This document shows, in pieces, positions 1 to 13,531 of a stretch of DNA of 64,000 nt. The notes beneath the pieces were generated by a model, which was given only the letters and a program-made list of their open reading frames with translations, had not been told where the DNA came from and made no database searches. This DNA is from Octopus vulgaris (taxonomy: Eukaryota). Numbering within the stretch: position 1 is the stretch's first letter; every line of letters starts with the position of its first letter. Both the position numbers and the translations under genes were made by a program. The stretch lies in the NCBI GenBank assembly GCA_951406725.2, contig OX597817.1, forward strand, positions 130,262,001 to 130,326,000, in the 5' to 3' direction.

Positions 1-154
1 AACGATTAACGATACTGGAAAATTCTACATGTGCATTTGTACTAGTGTTTATCGTTGGTCCTTCTTCAAATTAGTACCTTACACTTCTGAAATTCCAGTT
101 GTCGCTATAAAGATTTCCATCGTTTTCGATATAGGAGAAAAAGTTTAATAATTC

Positions 155-862
155 AAAGAAAACTGAGAATACATACACAGAATAATCAATTCATTTACTA
201 TCATAGTCCAGTCGAATTAATGAATTCATTCATATTGCCTACGCTGCGTTTCGGTTGATTGCTTTTATCCATATTTACACATTTAAACTGCCTTGTGAAG
301 CTGCAAAAAGCAATATGCCTTCTCAGTGCAAATTAACTGATATTTTTCATATCCTAACGGATGGAGAGTTTATTCCGATTGAACTGTAGCCTGTGCATTT
401 TGGGTTCTGTTCTAAAAATAGCTAGATGTTGATTTTGACCTTACTGGGGATGTGATAGACATAGTTCAGAAGAACTAAGTCATGTTATTATTCACTCTTT
501 TGGCAGTGCCGATTAACCAAGAGTGAATAATAACATGACCTGGTTCTGAACTATGCCTATCCTTTGTCCAGTAAGGTCAAAATCAACCTCTAGCTATTTT
601 TAGTACAGAATCCAAAACGCACATGCTACAATTCAATCGGAATAAACTCTCTATCCGTTAGGATGTGAAAAATATCAGTCAATTTGATCTGAAGAGGATT
701 TTGCTTTTTCTCAATTTCATAAGGCACTTTAAATGTGTAAATATGGATAAGAGCAATCAACTGAAACGCAGCGTAGGCAATATGAATGAACTCATTAATT
801 CAACTGGACTATGATGATAAATGAATTGATTATTCTGTGTATATATTCTCTGTTATCTTTGT
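155..862. repeat. Imperfect ~350-bp-arm fold-back element with a degenerate HHR in each arm
   Basis: Arms are reverse complements around ~500-518 (gtcatgttattattcactctt / aagagtgaataataacatgac; gcctacgctgcgtttc / gaaacgcagcgtaggc). Right arm has CTGAAGA 689-695 and GAAA-cgcagcg-TA 763-775. Confidence 0.85.
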
Positions 863-910
863 ATTGTTATAAATTGTGTGTGTGTGCGAGCGAGCGAGTT
901 TAACCATAAG

Positions 911-958
911 AGCCACTGACGAGCATTAATCAAATGCAAAATCACTGATGATCTGGCT
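911..958 (+). ncRNA. Type I hammerhead ribozyme motif with core G12 mutated to A
   Basis: agcca-CTGACGA-gcatt(aatca)aatgc-AAAA-tca(ctga)tga-TC-tggct; all three stems pair, GAAA reads AAAA. Confidence 0.7.
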
Positions 959-1193
959 ATGCCCCGGATGTAGGGCATTTGTCAGTCAAAATGATAAGTG
1001 CTTTCTATGGCAATGAGTCATTTTGACCCTCATTTCTAGCAATACTGGTACTGATTGGTGTCCTTGCTCACTTTAGTGACGTCTATATTTCTGCCTTTCG
1101 GTTTTAAATTACTGATAAGCCACTTTTACTGTATATGTGCGTATGTGTGTGTATATATATATATGCATATACATATATACATGCATTCATATA

Positions 1194-1256
<63 letters not shown>

Positions 1257-1258
<2 letters not shown>

Positions 1259-3172
1259 TGTAATGCAAGCCATATGCTACAAATGTGTCCCAGAGAGAAA
1301 AGTCACTGTACACAAGAGCAAAATCTCCAGAGAAAGGAAAATTCTAATGAGACGGCGTACAAAAGTTTCAAATCGCCTAAACAAACAAATTGAAAGCAGT
1401 GAAAAGTACCGCCCGAAAATAAAACTGTTGGAAATTGAAAAATGTCTGCAACTCTCCCATGAAAAAGAAAGACCAGACAAAGAAGCCTGGGCTATAGACA
1501 ATATAAAATCTAACCCCAGAGCTTTCTACAGGTATGCCAAAGAAACAGCTACAGTGCACTGTAGGATAGGGCCGCTCCTTGAAAAGGATGGCACACTCAC
1601 AGGAAATCCAATGAGGGTAAGTGAAATACTAAATGAGCAATTCAAGAGTATTTTCACTCCACCCCTAGGGCATTTTCAAGTCAGCAATCCAACTGACTTC
1701 TTTACCACTGTAGATATAAAATCAGAGGCAGCGATGATTGATTACATCAATGTAAAGGAAGACGATGTAATAAAGGCTATTGATGAAATGAAAACAAACT
1801 CAGCTACTGGCCCCGATGGATTCCCAGCAATCCTTCTAAAAGTATGTAAGAGAGCCCTAGCAAGACCACTGCAGTTCCTCTTTCAGAGCTTCCTTGCAGC
1901 TGGCAAACTTCCAGGAAAACTGAAGGAAGGTAAAATATGCCCTATTCATAAAGAAGGTAGCAGAGCGGAGGCCAAGAACTACAGACCTATCTCTCTGACC
2001 TCACACATCAGCAAGGTCATGGAACGAATAGTCAGAAGGAAACTAATCACCTTCCTTGAAGAAAATGACTTGCTGCCTGACACCCAACATGGTTTCCGAC
2101 CAGGAAGAAGCTGCTTAACTCAGCTCCTACAACACTATGACTGGGTGCTGAAACGACTGCTCAACCACTCAAATGTGGAAATGATATATCTCGACTTTGC
2201 AAAGGCCTTTGATAAAGTCGATCATGGAATGATATGTCACAAACTGCGTGATCTTGGCATAGTTGGAAAATTGGGAGAATGGCTTCATGACTTTCTGAAG
2301 GATAGAAGTCAGGTAGTAGTAGCCAATGGGGCCACTTCCACTAACACGCAAATAGTGAGCGGTGTTCCGCAAGGCACTGTTCTGGGACCACTACTGTTCA
2401 TAATGGCCCTCTCAGACATGCCCTCAGCCACGCAGAGAGCCACGATCACAAGTTATGCAGATGATACAAAAGTTTCACAGGCAATACAGAACCCTAAAGA
2501 CAATAAGTACCTGCAATGTGAGCTGGACAAAATATACAAGTGGGCTGAAAAGAATAGCATGCAGTTCAATGCTGAAAAGTTTCAAGCTTTATACTATCAG
2601 CATGCAAAACTAAATGCAATACCCAATAAATACAGAAGATAGCCTCTGTGCAGCATATAAGCTATTGGGAAAGACTCAAGAGATTGAGACTCTATTCCTT
2701 AGAGCGTAGGCGAGAAAGATATGCCATAATATACATCTGGAAGATCCTAGAAGGACTTGTCCCAAACCTTGGCATCGAGAGTTACACAAATGCCAGAACT
2801 GGGCGCCACTGCATAGTGCCAAGGACTTCAAATTTGCCATCAAGATGTAGGACAAGATACTGTGATAGCCTGGGCTTCCGAGGCCCACAGCTCTTCAATA
2901 TCCTCCCGAAGAACCTAAGAGACCTGCATGGGGTGGATGCAGATGTCTTTAAAATGAAACTGGATCTCTTCTTGTCAGGTTCCCAGATGAACCAACTTCA
3001 CGGCAGGAGGTGCAGATGAGGGCAGCTGCATCGAACTCTCTCATGCACCAGATGGCATTTGCTAAAAAGCATTCGTGAAGTAAAATCATGTAGCAACACC
3101 AAATGGCGGTGCCCCAGCATGGCCACAGCTTGTGAGCTGAAACTAAGTAAAATTTTTAAAAAATAAAAAAAT

Positions 3173-3175
<3 letters not shown>
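1257..3175 (+). mobile_element. 5'-truncated CR1/L2-group LINE (RT domain, internal deletion near 2640, 3' UTR)
   Basis: RT motifs GPDG, NYRPISLTS, QHGFRPGRSC, YLDFAKAFDKV, GVPQGTVLGPLLF, YADD; C-terminal SYWERLKRLRLYSLERRR; starts directly after (TA)n and ends in an A-rich tail. Confidence 0.92.
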
Positions 3176-3208
<33 letters not shown>

Positions 3209-3275
3209 TGTATGTTTATATGTATATGCATATGTATATACACACACACACACACACACTCATATATATATATAT

Positions 3276-3348
<73 letters not shown>

Positions 3349-4567
3349 GGATGACTAATAAATCGAAGAACCGAACAAAAATCCTCTAGCAAGGAGTTTC
3401 AAGCCTTTTACGACAAGAAGTTAATCGTTCGATAAATATTCGCCATTAGAGTAAGTATCTAGCAAAGTAATTAGGACCGATATATTCGACTAAAATCCTG
3501 AAAGCTGTAGTCGAATGGCTCAAAACGCTAAATGAATATAAGAATATAATAATACACACACCCTTATATATTTGCCTCTGGAAGCATTCCAACATTCCAG
3601 CATTCCAGCATTTTTTGTTCCCAAGTTTTTAAAAGTTAGACTTTCCGACTGTTAGAATGTCAGTCTGCAGATGAATTTTTCATTCTTCAAAATACAATTT
3701 ATGTGTTTGATGTACTTCATATAGTATTTTCGTGAGTCGAAGATGGGGTGCATGCAGGAATCTACAGACTGTTGTTATTTTGGCTCCTGGTCAGCGTTGA
3801 TCGAGTTCTAGGGTGATTGGTAAGTAAACGACCAGAACTTGTGATTTACCATATTTCCACTAACAAGGGTGTTTGAACGTGTTTTCATGTAGCTATGAAA
3901 AGACGTGAAGCTGTGTAAGTTACATGAAAGACAGTTAGAAGATATGATTAAATCTGTAGACACTGGGCGTCCGTGTATAAACAAGGCAAATTCTAACTAC
4001 GCGTGCTGGGAGGATGGTTTAATTATAAACAAGACAGATTAAGAACGAAAACACGAATGGATACAATAACTTCTCTGTCGAATTCACTGCCATTATAAAG
4101 TGAAGAATTAAGAAACACAAACGGTGTCTTCATAAACTGGAAGAAGGCGGCTGATGAGGAGATATATAGAGGGGGTGCAAAAGTAGGTATACAACAAGTA
4201 TCACATCAATGTCATTAAAATTATTAGCACATTAAATTAGTTAGCTTAATTTGGTATTTTCGGTATCATTAATCGTAATGAATTTATCATAACCATGATA
4301 ATACTTTTATCGTAACTTTTAATTTGATAAAAATATAATTGAGTATTGTACGCGTTTTCTTTTTTCATAACTATATACCTACTTTTGCTCCACCCTGTAT
4401 GTATATTTGTACTAGGTGCGAGCGCGCGCGTGTGGCGGACAACTGGCGAAACTTCGATGTCATTGACACCACATTTTCCTGTGAAAATAAACACGTTATT
4501 CAAGTCTTTATATATTGAGCACTTCTCCTGACTGATTATCTTTATGAATTATTATACATACAACACT

Positions 4568-4650
<83 letters not shown>

Positions 4651-4703
4651 ACACTCACACACACACATATATATATATATATACCTACATATATATCACA
4701 ATC

Positions 4704-5003
4704 ATGAGGTAGTGAGTTCGATTTCCAGACCAGGCTGTATATTGTGTTCATGAGCAAGACACTTTATTTCACGTTGTTCTAGTTCACTCATCTTTTGAAA
4801 TGAGTTGCCACGTCACTGGTGCTAAGCTATATCGGCCTTTGTCTTTCCCTTGGATAACATCAGTGGTATGGAGAGGGGAGGCTGATATTCATGGGTGACT
4901 GCTGGTCTTCCATAAATAACTTTGCCCGGTCTTGTGCCTAGGAGGGTAACTCACTAGGTGCAAACCGATGGTTATTCATGACCGAAGGGGGTCTTTACCT
5001 TTT
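4704..5003 (+). mobile_element. tRNA-derived SINE remnant (Meta-like central domain)
   Basis: B-box gagttcgatttcc followed by ttgtgttcatgagcaagacactttatttcacgttg, shared with the SINE at 41795-42054; ctttacctttt tail. Confidence 0.6.
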
Positions 5004-5040
5004 ATACATACATACATACATACATACATACATACATACA

Positions 5041-5069
<29 letters not shown>

Positions 5070-5073
<4 letters not shown>

Positions 5074-6240
5074 GATGGCTCCCCCCTCGTTATCGAGTAT
5101 GGCAATTGCACGAAGCTTAACTGTTAACGGTGCTGTGATCGAATGTAACTTTTTAGCCCAGCTAAAGATCTACAATGTCTTGTACAGAATTGGCAGCTAA
5201 AACCTTTACCGGCAGTAGCCGGCTATAGTTGTAACTGGGCTTCACGTACCTTTGCATGTCGTTTAAGTCCTTCCACCGAATTACACTCCCTTCTACATAC
5301 CCGACAGATATGATTAGTATGGTGTGTAGCACCGCCACCAGTGGCCAGGTTGTCACTCATCTGTCTTGCTTTATGTCTACGAAGATGACTTTTGAGTCCA
5401 GCTTTACTGAGGCAGGGTCTTGCACAGACACTGCATGTCAGCATCATAGGAATACCCTTCCCATCTGGAAGTACAACAGCGATGTCCTTCCTGACATCCC
5501 TCCTTACTTTCTCATGCGCAACTCGAGTTTTCTCAAAGGTAGCTGTCTCCTTCTCCACCTGCTACGAGTAATAGCTATGCTCTCCCATGTGTCAGGAGAG
5601 ATGCAAGCACATCTTAAGGAAGCCTTCAGCAAGTCCTTATACCCCTTTTTTGGTTTTTGAGGTAGTTCTCCTTTAGCTAACTCTCCATAAAAGAGTTGTT
5701 TTGGCATCCTTGAATCCTTCATCCTGACCAGGATAACCACTCCATATGAGCCTTTGCTTCTATACACAAGAGCTTCTATACTTTCAAACTGAGAGCTTTC
5801 CAATATTTCAAGATCACTGATGCGGTCATCCCACTTAATGCCAAAGATCCGTCTGAGATACATCTGATGGAAACGTTCCAGTTGTTTAAGGTGGTTTCGA
5901 TATGTTACCCACGTCTCGCAGGCATAAAGAAGAGAAGAGAGCACACATGCCTTGTACACCTTTATCATTGTCTTCCCGTATATGTCTCGCCGACTCCAGA
6001 GGCGCCTTTCTAGCCTTCTGAAAGCATCACTCGCTTTCCTAATTCATTATTCAAATTGCTATACCTATTAACATTGCTCCCCAGGTAGACAAACTGATCA
6101 ACTACATCAAATGGTTTACCGTACGCATAGATATTTGGTACGCTATACTGCTTACTTGGGGCAGATTGGTACAGGACAACAGTTTTCTTGAGACTGATTG
6201 TCAATCCTAAGGCAGTGCAAGCATCAGAGAATACATTCAA
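5070..6240 (-). mobile_element. RTE-clade LINE 3' fragment (RT C-terminus plus two C2H2-like fingers), frameshifted
   Basis: [70 protein letters not shown]. Confidence 0.88.
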
Positions 6241-6935
6241 AATGTGTTACTATAGAAGACACCTGCCTAAGGATCCACGCAGTAGAACTGAACCTGGAAC
6301 CATGTGGTTGAGAAGCAAGCGTCTTAAATACATGTATGTATGTATGTATGTATGTATGGATGGATGGATGGATGGATGGATGGATGGATGGATGGATGGA
6401 TGGATGGATGGATGGATGTTTACACAAACATAGATACATGAATTTTTGTGCCACAAGAATCTGTAGTTTCCGCCTACAAAATTTCACACTTAGAAAATAT
6501 TGGTGAACTTGAAGCCATGAAATCAATAACATTATGTACCGAGATCGAGCACCAAGCAGAACTACTTGGCTGCGAAGTGAACTTCTTTACTTCGCGGACA
6601 TCCCTGCATCCTGTCTGTATATACATTCCGCTGATAGTTCTACGTCCATGATGATAAAATTAGTACAGTAAGTTTATTAAATATTCCATCAAGCAGTGAC
6701 CTTGAACATTCCAGTTTAGTCTGAGAATGATAACTCAGTCTGCCAATGAAATGAAGCCAAGAACTGGACTGGGTGAAAGCATAAGTATTCTGAAATATTT
6801 CAACTGAAGCATTTATTGTGTGGTCTAGATTATAATGATGAACGAGATATGTTTCTTAGATAAGAATTCGTTCTAATTAGGCAAAACACAGCTAAGAAAA
6901 ACAGAGATATATAATGAAGAATAATATGTGAGTAC

Positions 6936-6980
<45 letters not shown>

Positions 6981-7804
6981 TTACACATACACACACGCTC
7001 AGGTTCGAGTCCCGTGGCTGTCTGCTAACAACCTTTCCGTCATATAAAGGGGAAATACCCAATCTTTCTGCTGTTTTATGGGTATAATACGTTCGAAATG
7101 TTACTTTCTTGACTGTATGACATGATACACTTTCGACGCTTCCCGAAACAAAAACAAAAATGACGGAGGTGTGAGTTCGAGTCTCATAGCCGGCCGCCAA
7201 CACTTTTTTTCTGCAAAATAGGGGTAGCTTATCCTGTTCAGGCTATATTATTAGCATTATCCTGCGTTTGAGAATTTAAAATCACTTCTTTAACTTTCTA
7301 AGACATCTCAACGCTTCTAAAGCAAACTTTGTTTGTTTGTTTACGTTCATCGTAATTTGAATTTAATATATATATATATATATATATATAGGTTGATAGA
7401 GTGATCACGAAAATGGTAAAAGCAAGTAGAAGATTGGCAGAATGGATCCGCTAAATGTGCAAGACAAGAGCACAGGAAGTATTTCCTTATCTAGAACATA
7501 TTTGTTGCCGTTTGCCGAGATTATAACATCCTGAAGGAGACACACAAAATTGAGTAACTCCTTGTACTTGTTGGGCTGTTGAGTTGGTAATGTAAACAGA
7601 AAAATAGAACTCACGATATGAGTATATTTTTTCTTTATTCATAATCGGTAGATTTTACAGAGTTACTCAGTGGCAGAAAGTTGTCACTTACCAAACTTTA
7701 TCTTTGAGGTTATAATTTCCTAGGGACGAAAAAAGGAATGAGTTATCTGGAAAGTTCTAGCCATATTGATGCAGAATATTGGCATTATTCTATAAATATT
7801 AAGT

Positions 7805-8200
7805 CGGCGGCCTGGCAGAAACGTTAGCACGCCGGGCGAAATGCTTAGCGGTATTTCGTCTGCCGCTACGTTCTGAGTTCAAATTCCACCGGGGTCGACT
7901 TTGCCTTTCATTCTTTCAGGGTCGATTAAATAAGTACCAGTTACGCACTGGGGTCGATATAATTGACTTAATCCGTTTGTCTGTCCTTGTTTGTCCCCTC
8001 TATGTTTAGCCCCTTGTGGGTAGTAAAGAAATAGGTATTTCTTCTGTCTTTAAGTTCTGAGTTCAAATTCCACCGCTGAGGTCAACTTTGCCTTTTATCC
8101 TTTCGGGGTCGATAAATTGAGTACCAGTTGCGTACTGGAGTCGATCTAATCAACTGGCCCTCTCCCCCAAAAATTTCGGGCCTTGTGCTTAGAGTAGAAA
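7805..8200 (+). mobile_element. tRNA-derived SINE with Nin/Deu-like domain, dimeric
   Basis: Head ggcggcctggcagaaacgttagc, B-box gagttcaaattcc and a tcgactttgcctttca...ggggtcgat...agtaccag domain occurring twice. Confidence 0.8.
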
Positions 8201-8267
8201 ACATTATTCTATAAATAATATACAAATCTTCGAACTGGGTACTATTGCATAATTCTTACATAGTGTT

Positions 8268-8324
8268 CCCGCGATAGCTCAGTTGGTAGAGTGGAGGACT
8301 GTAGTAAGTTTCTAAAATCTCCTT
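8268..8324 (+). pseudogene. 3'-truncated intron-containing tRNA-Tyr(GTA) fragment
   Basis: cccgcgatagctcagttggtagagtggaggactGTAg matches the eukaryotic tRNA-Tyr 5' half; intron-like spacer follows; no T arm; flanked by direct repeat ttcttacat. Confidence 0.8.
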
Positions 8325-10324
8325 CTTACATGGACAGGTAAAAGTCTTGCAAGACTAGGTTTCCAAGGAATTACTGATCTTCCACTAATATAAGTGCGTT
8401 TGAGTGCGTTTGCATCTATCTGTGAAAAGATGTGAAGAAGTGTATGTTACTCCCGGGCATTGGTGTGCAGGAACACCACACGAACGTAGAGTGCAGATAA
8501 CAATAGGATATGCTAGAGTTTATCAGGAACCAATGCAAATAATTAGAAAATGGAGAAAACCACAGATTAACCAACACATCCGTTGGACCACATTTATAGC
8601 TAATTTTTTAATGCAAAGCATGACATAACAAAATAGGTGGCGTAACATATCTTACGGCCGTTACTGATCGGAAAGCCAGAATGCAGTCTATACATAAATG
8701 CGAGAATAAAATTCTTCATCTCAACAGGGCATTCGAATTAAGGCAACGGATCTTCATCAGTAAATTTTTTAAGCACCCTACGATAATTGTTTACTTTTAC
8801 TTGAGCTTACTGCCCTGGAAATTGAATTCTCGACCTTGTGATCGTAAGCCAAATATCCTAGGCACTAAACCACGCACCTTCACTCACACACACACATACA
8901 CATTATCGGCACACATACGTAATAATGTATATAACTAAAGAGACTAGGCAAAACTTTTATACCTTTTCATATCCGGCTCTGAATACGGTTAGCAGAGAAC
9001 ATGTTGATGCATGACTTAAGTTAATCTTGTAATGATAAGTCAATATTGCAGACGTCCTTGAATCTGTCTGCATGGCTCTAAGCACATCATATCAGTCGTC
9101 CTCTTGAACTGTTGCTCTCTAGGGTCTATATAAACCCTAAGGCAACCATGCAAACATTATTTAAAACGTCCATGAAAAAAAGTTACTCATAAATGTATTT
9201 ATTGCAAGAAAAGGTTGTGTCTTTCTCTAACGATTTATATAGTTCACCTACAAAAGTGAGTGTGTAATAAACAAAACAGGTATTTTGGAAGAAATATCTA
9301 TAAATCTAGTTTTTAAACATCAAATTGAGTCCAACAGAATAAAATAATAATCAAATGTATCATTTGATAAAAATGGTTGAGAGCCACTGCTCTGAAACAT
9401 TATTGAGAGCAAACTTTTCAGCAAATAAAATATCCTTATTGGTATCCATAAAAAAAATTCTTTCGAAGTTCCTGATCGTTGAATACAGTGATGGAGTTGT
9501 TTCGTATCTCAATGCTACGACTTAAGTTTTCAATCAAAGCTTTTTATTGTTGAGCAAATCTCTAGTTACATAATATTTAAATTTGTTTCGCATCTCGACA
9601 TCATGACTCGTGCTTTTATCACTCAGCGTGCTTGATGCTTCAACAGTTCTCCATTTAGCTTTATTTGAAACTAAACTATTTTGACATCTCTTTACACAAG
9701 CGCAGCAAACATATGTAGCAGCCATATCAGCAACAAAACAACGGAAGCAAATCGAGAAATATTGTGACAACATCCTTCAACAAGCATGGACAACCTTTTG
9801 CGAGAAGCAGGCCGTATGAGACATGACTGATATCAGGTGAGCTGCACCACTAAGAAGATTCGAGGTCATTTTTCGGTAAGCTGCCATTCAGAAAGTCCCG
9901 TGAGTCGCTTGTTTCTCATAACTGTTCTACAGCCACCGGACATCATACAAACGGTTTTCTCTTTTTCCTTCCCACCATTATTATAATGTCTACTGCACCT
10001 CTGAATTAGTTTATTCCAAGTCCACAAATGCATTCATCACACTTCTTCTGTCTCTCACCCTTTAAACACTGCCTCCTTTACTGTCTCTCACCCTTTAAAC
10101 ACGGCAAGTTTTTTTTTTATTCAATCCTTGGCTTCCACAATAGCATGCTTTCATGTGGATTCTGTATTCCTACAGACGTCAGACGGCAAATCAGTCTTGC
10201 CAATGTGAGAGAACATAAAAAAAAGTAATTGGATACTCTACTGCCTCGTTGACGAGCTAAAATAAATAAAATAATTTCTCTAGTTTAATAGCAACCTTCT
10301 TTTTCCATTATTACTGGTCCGTTA

Positions 10325-10520
10325 GGCAATGAGCTGGCAAAGTCGTTAGGACGATGGACAGAATGATAAGCAACAGTTCTTCCAGCTCTTTACGTTCCGA
10401 GTTCAAATACTGCTGAGGTCAGCTTTTCCTTTCACCTTTCGGGATTAATAAAAGTATCAGCCAAGTATTAACCCACTTCCCCTAAAATTTCTGGTCTTGT
10501 GCCAAATTTTGAAACAATTA
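10325..10520 (+). mobile_element. Diverged Nin/Deu-like SINE copy
   Basis: gagctggcaaagtcgttag ... acgttccgagttcaaatactgctgaggtcagcttttcctttcacctttcggg. Confidence 0.7.
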
Positions 10521-10692
10521 TTACGGCTCTATGATTTAGTACATAACACTACGTCCTTGAATCGTTCCTGCAGCACATTATTTTTTCCTCAATTGAATCA
10601 TCGTTTATTTTACTTTTTCATCTGAGAAGACGCTACCAGATTCTCGTTCAATCCTCTCAACGTCAGCGATTCAGACAGACAGACAGACAGAC

Positions 10693-10781
<89 letters not shown>

Positions 10782-11063
10782 CAAAGTAGAGCTTTTCTTT
10801 TGGGGAAGAAGAGAAAAAAGAAGAAAAGATAAAGAAAAAAGGGGGGATTTCCGATCAAAAGGGATCGTGAAAAAAAAGAGTGGGGCCGATCAATAGGGAT
10901 CATGTATCACAGAAATTTCAATGTAAAAAAGGAAAACAGATTAGGTTTGTCCGTGGATAGAAAAGTCTACGGAAAAGACCACAGGAACATTGGGCAATAG
11001 AGTCATGCAAAAAGAAAACACATTATAGTAAGTGGGTCTCTTTTTTTCCTTTCGTTTTTTTTT

Positions 11064-11101
<38 letters not shown>

Positions 11102-11196
11102 CTTTTTTCTTCCTTCACCGGTGCTGTCTGTGCTGCTCCTGATTACTATCTAAATATAAACTCTTCATCTAAATGTAAAATTTGTTTTATATAATT

Positions 11197-11295
11197 TCTG
11201 TGTCTGAAGAATTCCTAATAGGAAATTCCTTACATGTCTATCTAATACGTAAAACTTTGTAATTCCTACTAGCAACTGAAACACGTGTAATGGTG
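11197..11295 (+). ncRNA. Degenerate type I HHR-like motif
   Basis: CTGAAGA 11204-11210, partly pairing stem II (attcctaatagga / tcctactagcaact), GAAA-cacgtg-TA 11278-11289; stem I weak. Confidence 0.5.
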
Positions 11296-11365
11296 AATAA
11301 ATAATTTCCAATTTCCTGTTTAGTAATAGATAGAGAGATAGAGAGATAGAGAGAGAGAGAAAGAT

Positions 11366-11412
<47 letters not shown>

Positions 11413-11603
11413 GACAGGGGACTAGTATTTAGTACATGACTGCTTGTTATTTACCGACACTACAAGGATGAAGACAAAGTTGAGCTTGGCGGTGTTAGGA
11501 TCCATTTCACTGAGAGCCAGAACAATTGCGGCAAGGCACTTATCTATGAGGCTCTCATGATTCTGTTACGAATATCTATTTGCTTAATATTGGCTTGATC
11601 AGA

Positions 11604-12190
11604 AGGCGGCGAGCTGGCAGAAACGTTAGCACGCCGGGCGAAATGCGTAGCCGTATTTCGTCTGCCGTTACGTTCTGAGTTCAAATTCCGCCGAGGTCGA
11701 CTTTGCCTTTTATCCTTTCGGGGTCGATAAATTAAGTACCAGTTACGCACTGGGGTCGATATAATCGACTTAATCCGTTTGTCTGTCCTTGTTTGTCCTC
11801 TCTGTGTTTAGCCTCTCGTGGGTAGTAAAGAAATAGGTATTTCGCCTGCCGCTACGTTCTGAGTTCAAATTCCGTCGAGGTCGACTTTGCCTTTTATCCT
11901 TTCGGGGTCGATTAAATAAGTACCAGTTACGCACTGGGGTCGATATAATCGACTTAATCCGTTTGTCTGTCCTTGTTTGTCCTCTCTGTGTTTAGCCCCT
12001 TGTGAGTAGTAAAGAAATAGGTATTTCGCCTGCCGCTACGTTCTGAGTTCAAATTCCGTCGAGGTTGACTTTGCCTTTTGTCCTTTCGGGGTCGATTAAA
12101 TAAGTACCAGTTACGTACTGGGGTCGATATAATCGACTCAATGCCCTTCCCCAAGCTACCCTTGTGGCAAAAACGGGAAATTAATATTGG
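11604..12190 (+). mobile_element. Nin/Deu-like SINE with 184-bp internal unit in ~2.7 tandem copies
   Basis: gtatttcg[t/c]ctgccg recurs at 11653, 11837 and 12021 behind a single tRNA-like head. Confidence 0.85.
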
Positions 12191-13531
12191 TTTGATCAGA
12201 AATGGGCATCGGACTCGCAGAATCGATAGAACGTTGGACAAAATTGGTTTGGGTGTTTTACAATCTGAGTACAAATTTCGCTCATATTAACTTTGCTTTC
12301 AATCCATCCCAGTGATCGATAAAATAAAGTAACAGTCGAATAGTGGGATTGATTTCATCAACCTTCAAACACAAACATAATCTTTTACCAGTCTTAGAAA
12401 TCGATTTGGGTGAAATATTTCTTCTGATCCAGTTAGAAAATAGAATGAGAGCACTTTGAAGATGAGTGCTAGTTCGTTGATGTTTTTAACTATGTGCTAT
12501 ACTTACGGGGGATTAAGTGTCCAAGTTATGTTTTTTATTAATCATAACTAGTCTGGGAAATTGTTGATACCACCTCGTAATTAAATATTTGACGTTGACT
12601 CAGTGTTGTTGTTTATGTTGTTATTGTCGTCGTTGCTGTTGTTGTTGTTGTGGTGGTGGTGGTGGTGGTGATGGTGATTCGGCGGTGGTGGTATAACTAT
12701 AAGTCGGATGAAGCAGATCTATATCACATCGTAGTTCGCCCAAATGACTGCACGACTCGCAGATCCGTTCTTCACGATAAAACATGCTTCGCCTTTATAT
12801 TATTGAGAATCAACCACTCTTCAGATTCCAACAAGCAATGGCAGGAACATTTACGTGGTTGATCGACCTGCTAAAATTAAGAACCGAATATGCTTCCAAT
12901 GTCATTGCACGATTTTGAAAATGGATTTACCAAATAAAGGGATCAATTTTTTCAAAACGGTCACAACGTTATTGTAAGTTCATCACAGAGAAATTGGGTA
13001 TATGTATGCATGCATGTGTGTGTATAAACACACACAGACACACACACGCATCTCATTGTGTCGTCCTTTGTTTTCTATTTTAGGCCCTTTTAACTGATGA
13101 TAATAAAATAGCTTATGTCACCCTTACCCTCCCTCTTTCTGGGCATATGTTATCTCACTGAGATTTGTTCATGTGGTCATAGGGAATTTATAGCCATAGT
13201 AAATTAGGGGTTTGGAAGGAGTATCTGAAACTAATTAATTTATTATCAGCAGCTAGAACTTAATTGTCAATTCCATGTAACTTTAATTCTTACTATACTA
13301 GATGCATTAGATCTTTTGATGGTGATAAGGAGATATATAAATGTAGCTGTTTTACTATCTCATGACCCTGATTGTTTTTCTCTTCCGCCACTCCAAATTA
13401 TAGTTGGAGTATTTCTTCGCTAAGTTCATTCTGCTACAATAATAGCAAGCATGTAATTCTTTTATTCGCTAGTTCAGATAAAATATTTGCTAAAAAAAAT
13501 TTAATGGAGTATTCTGTATGTTGAAAATGTA

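Noticed and set aside
8268-8324. Functional tRNA-Tyr gene
   Set aside because: Lacks T arm, B box and 3' acceptor strand.
9000-10230. Possible decayed transposase-like coding sequence
   Set aside because: No motif I can assign with confidence in the frames I read.
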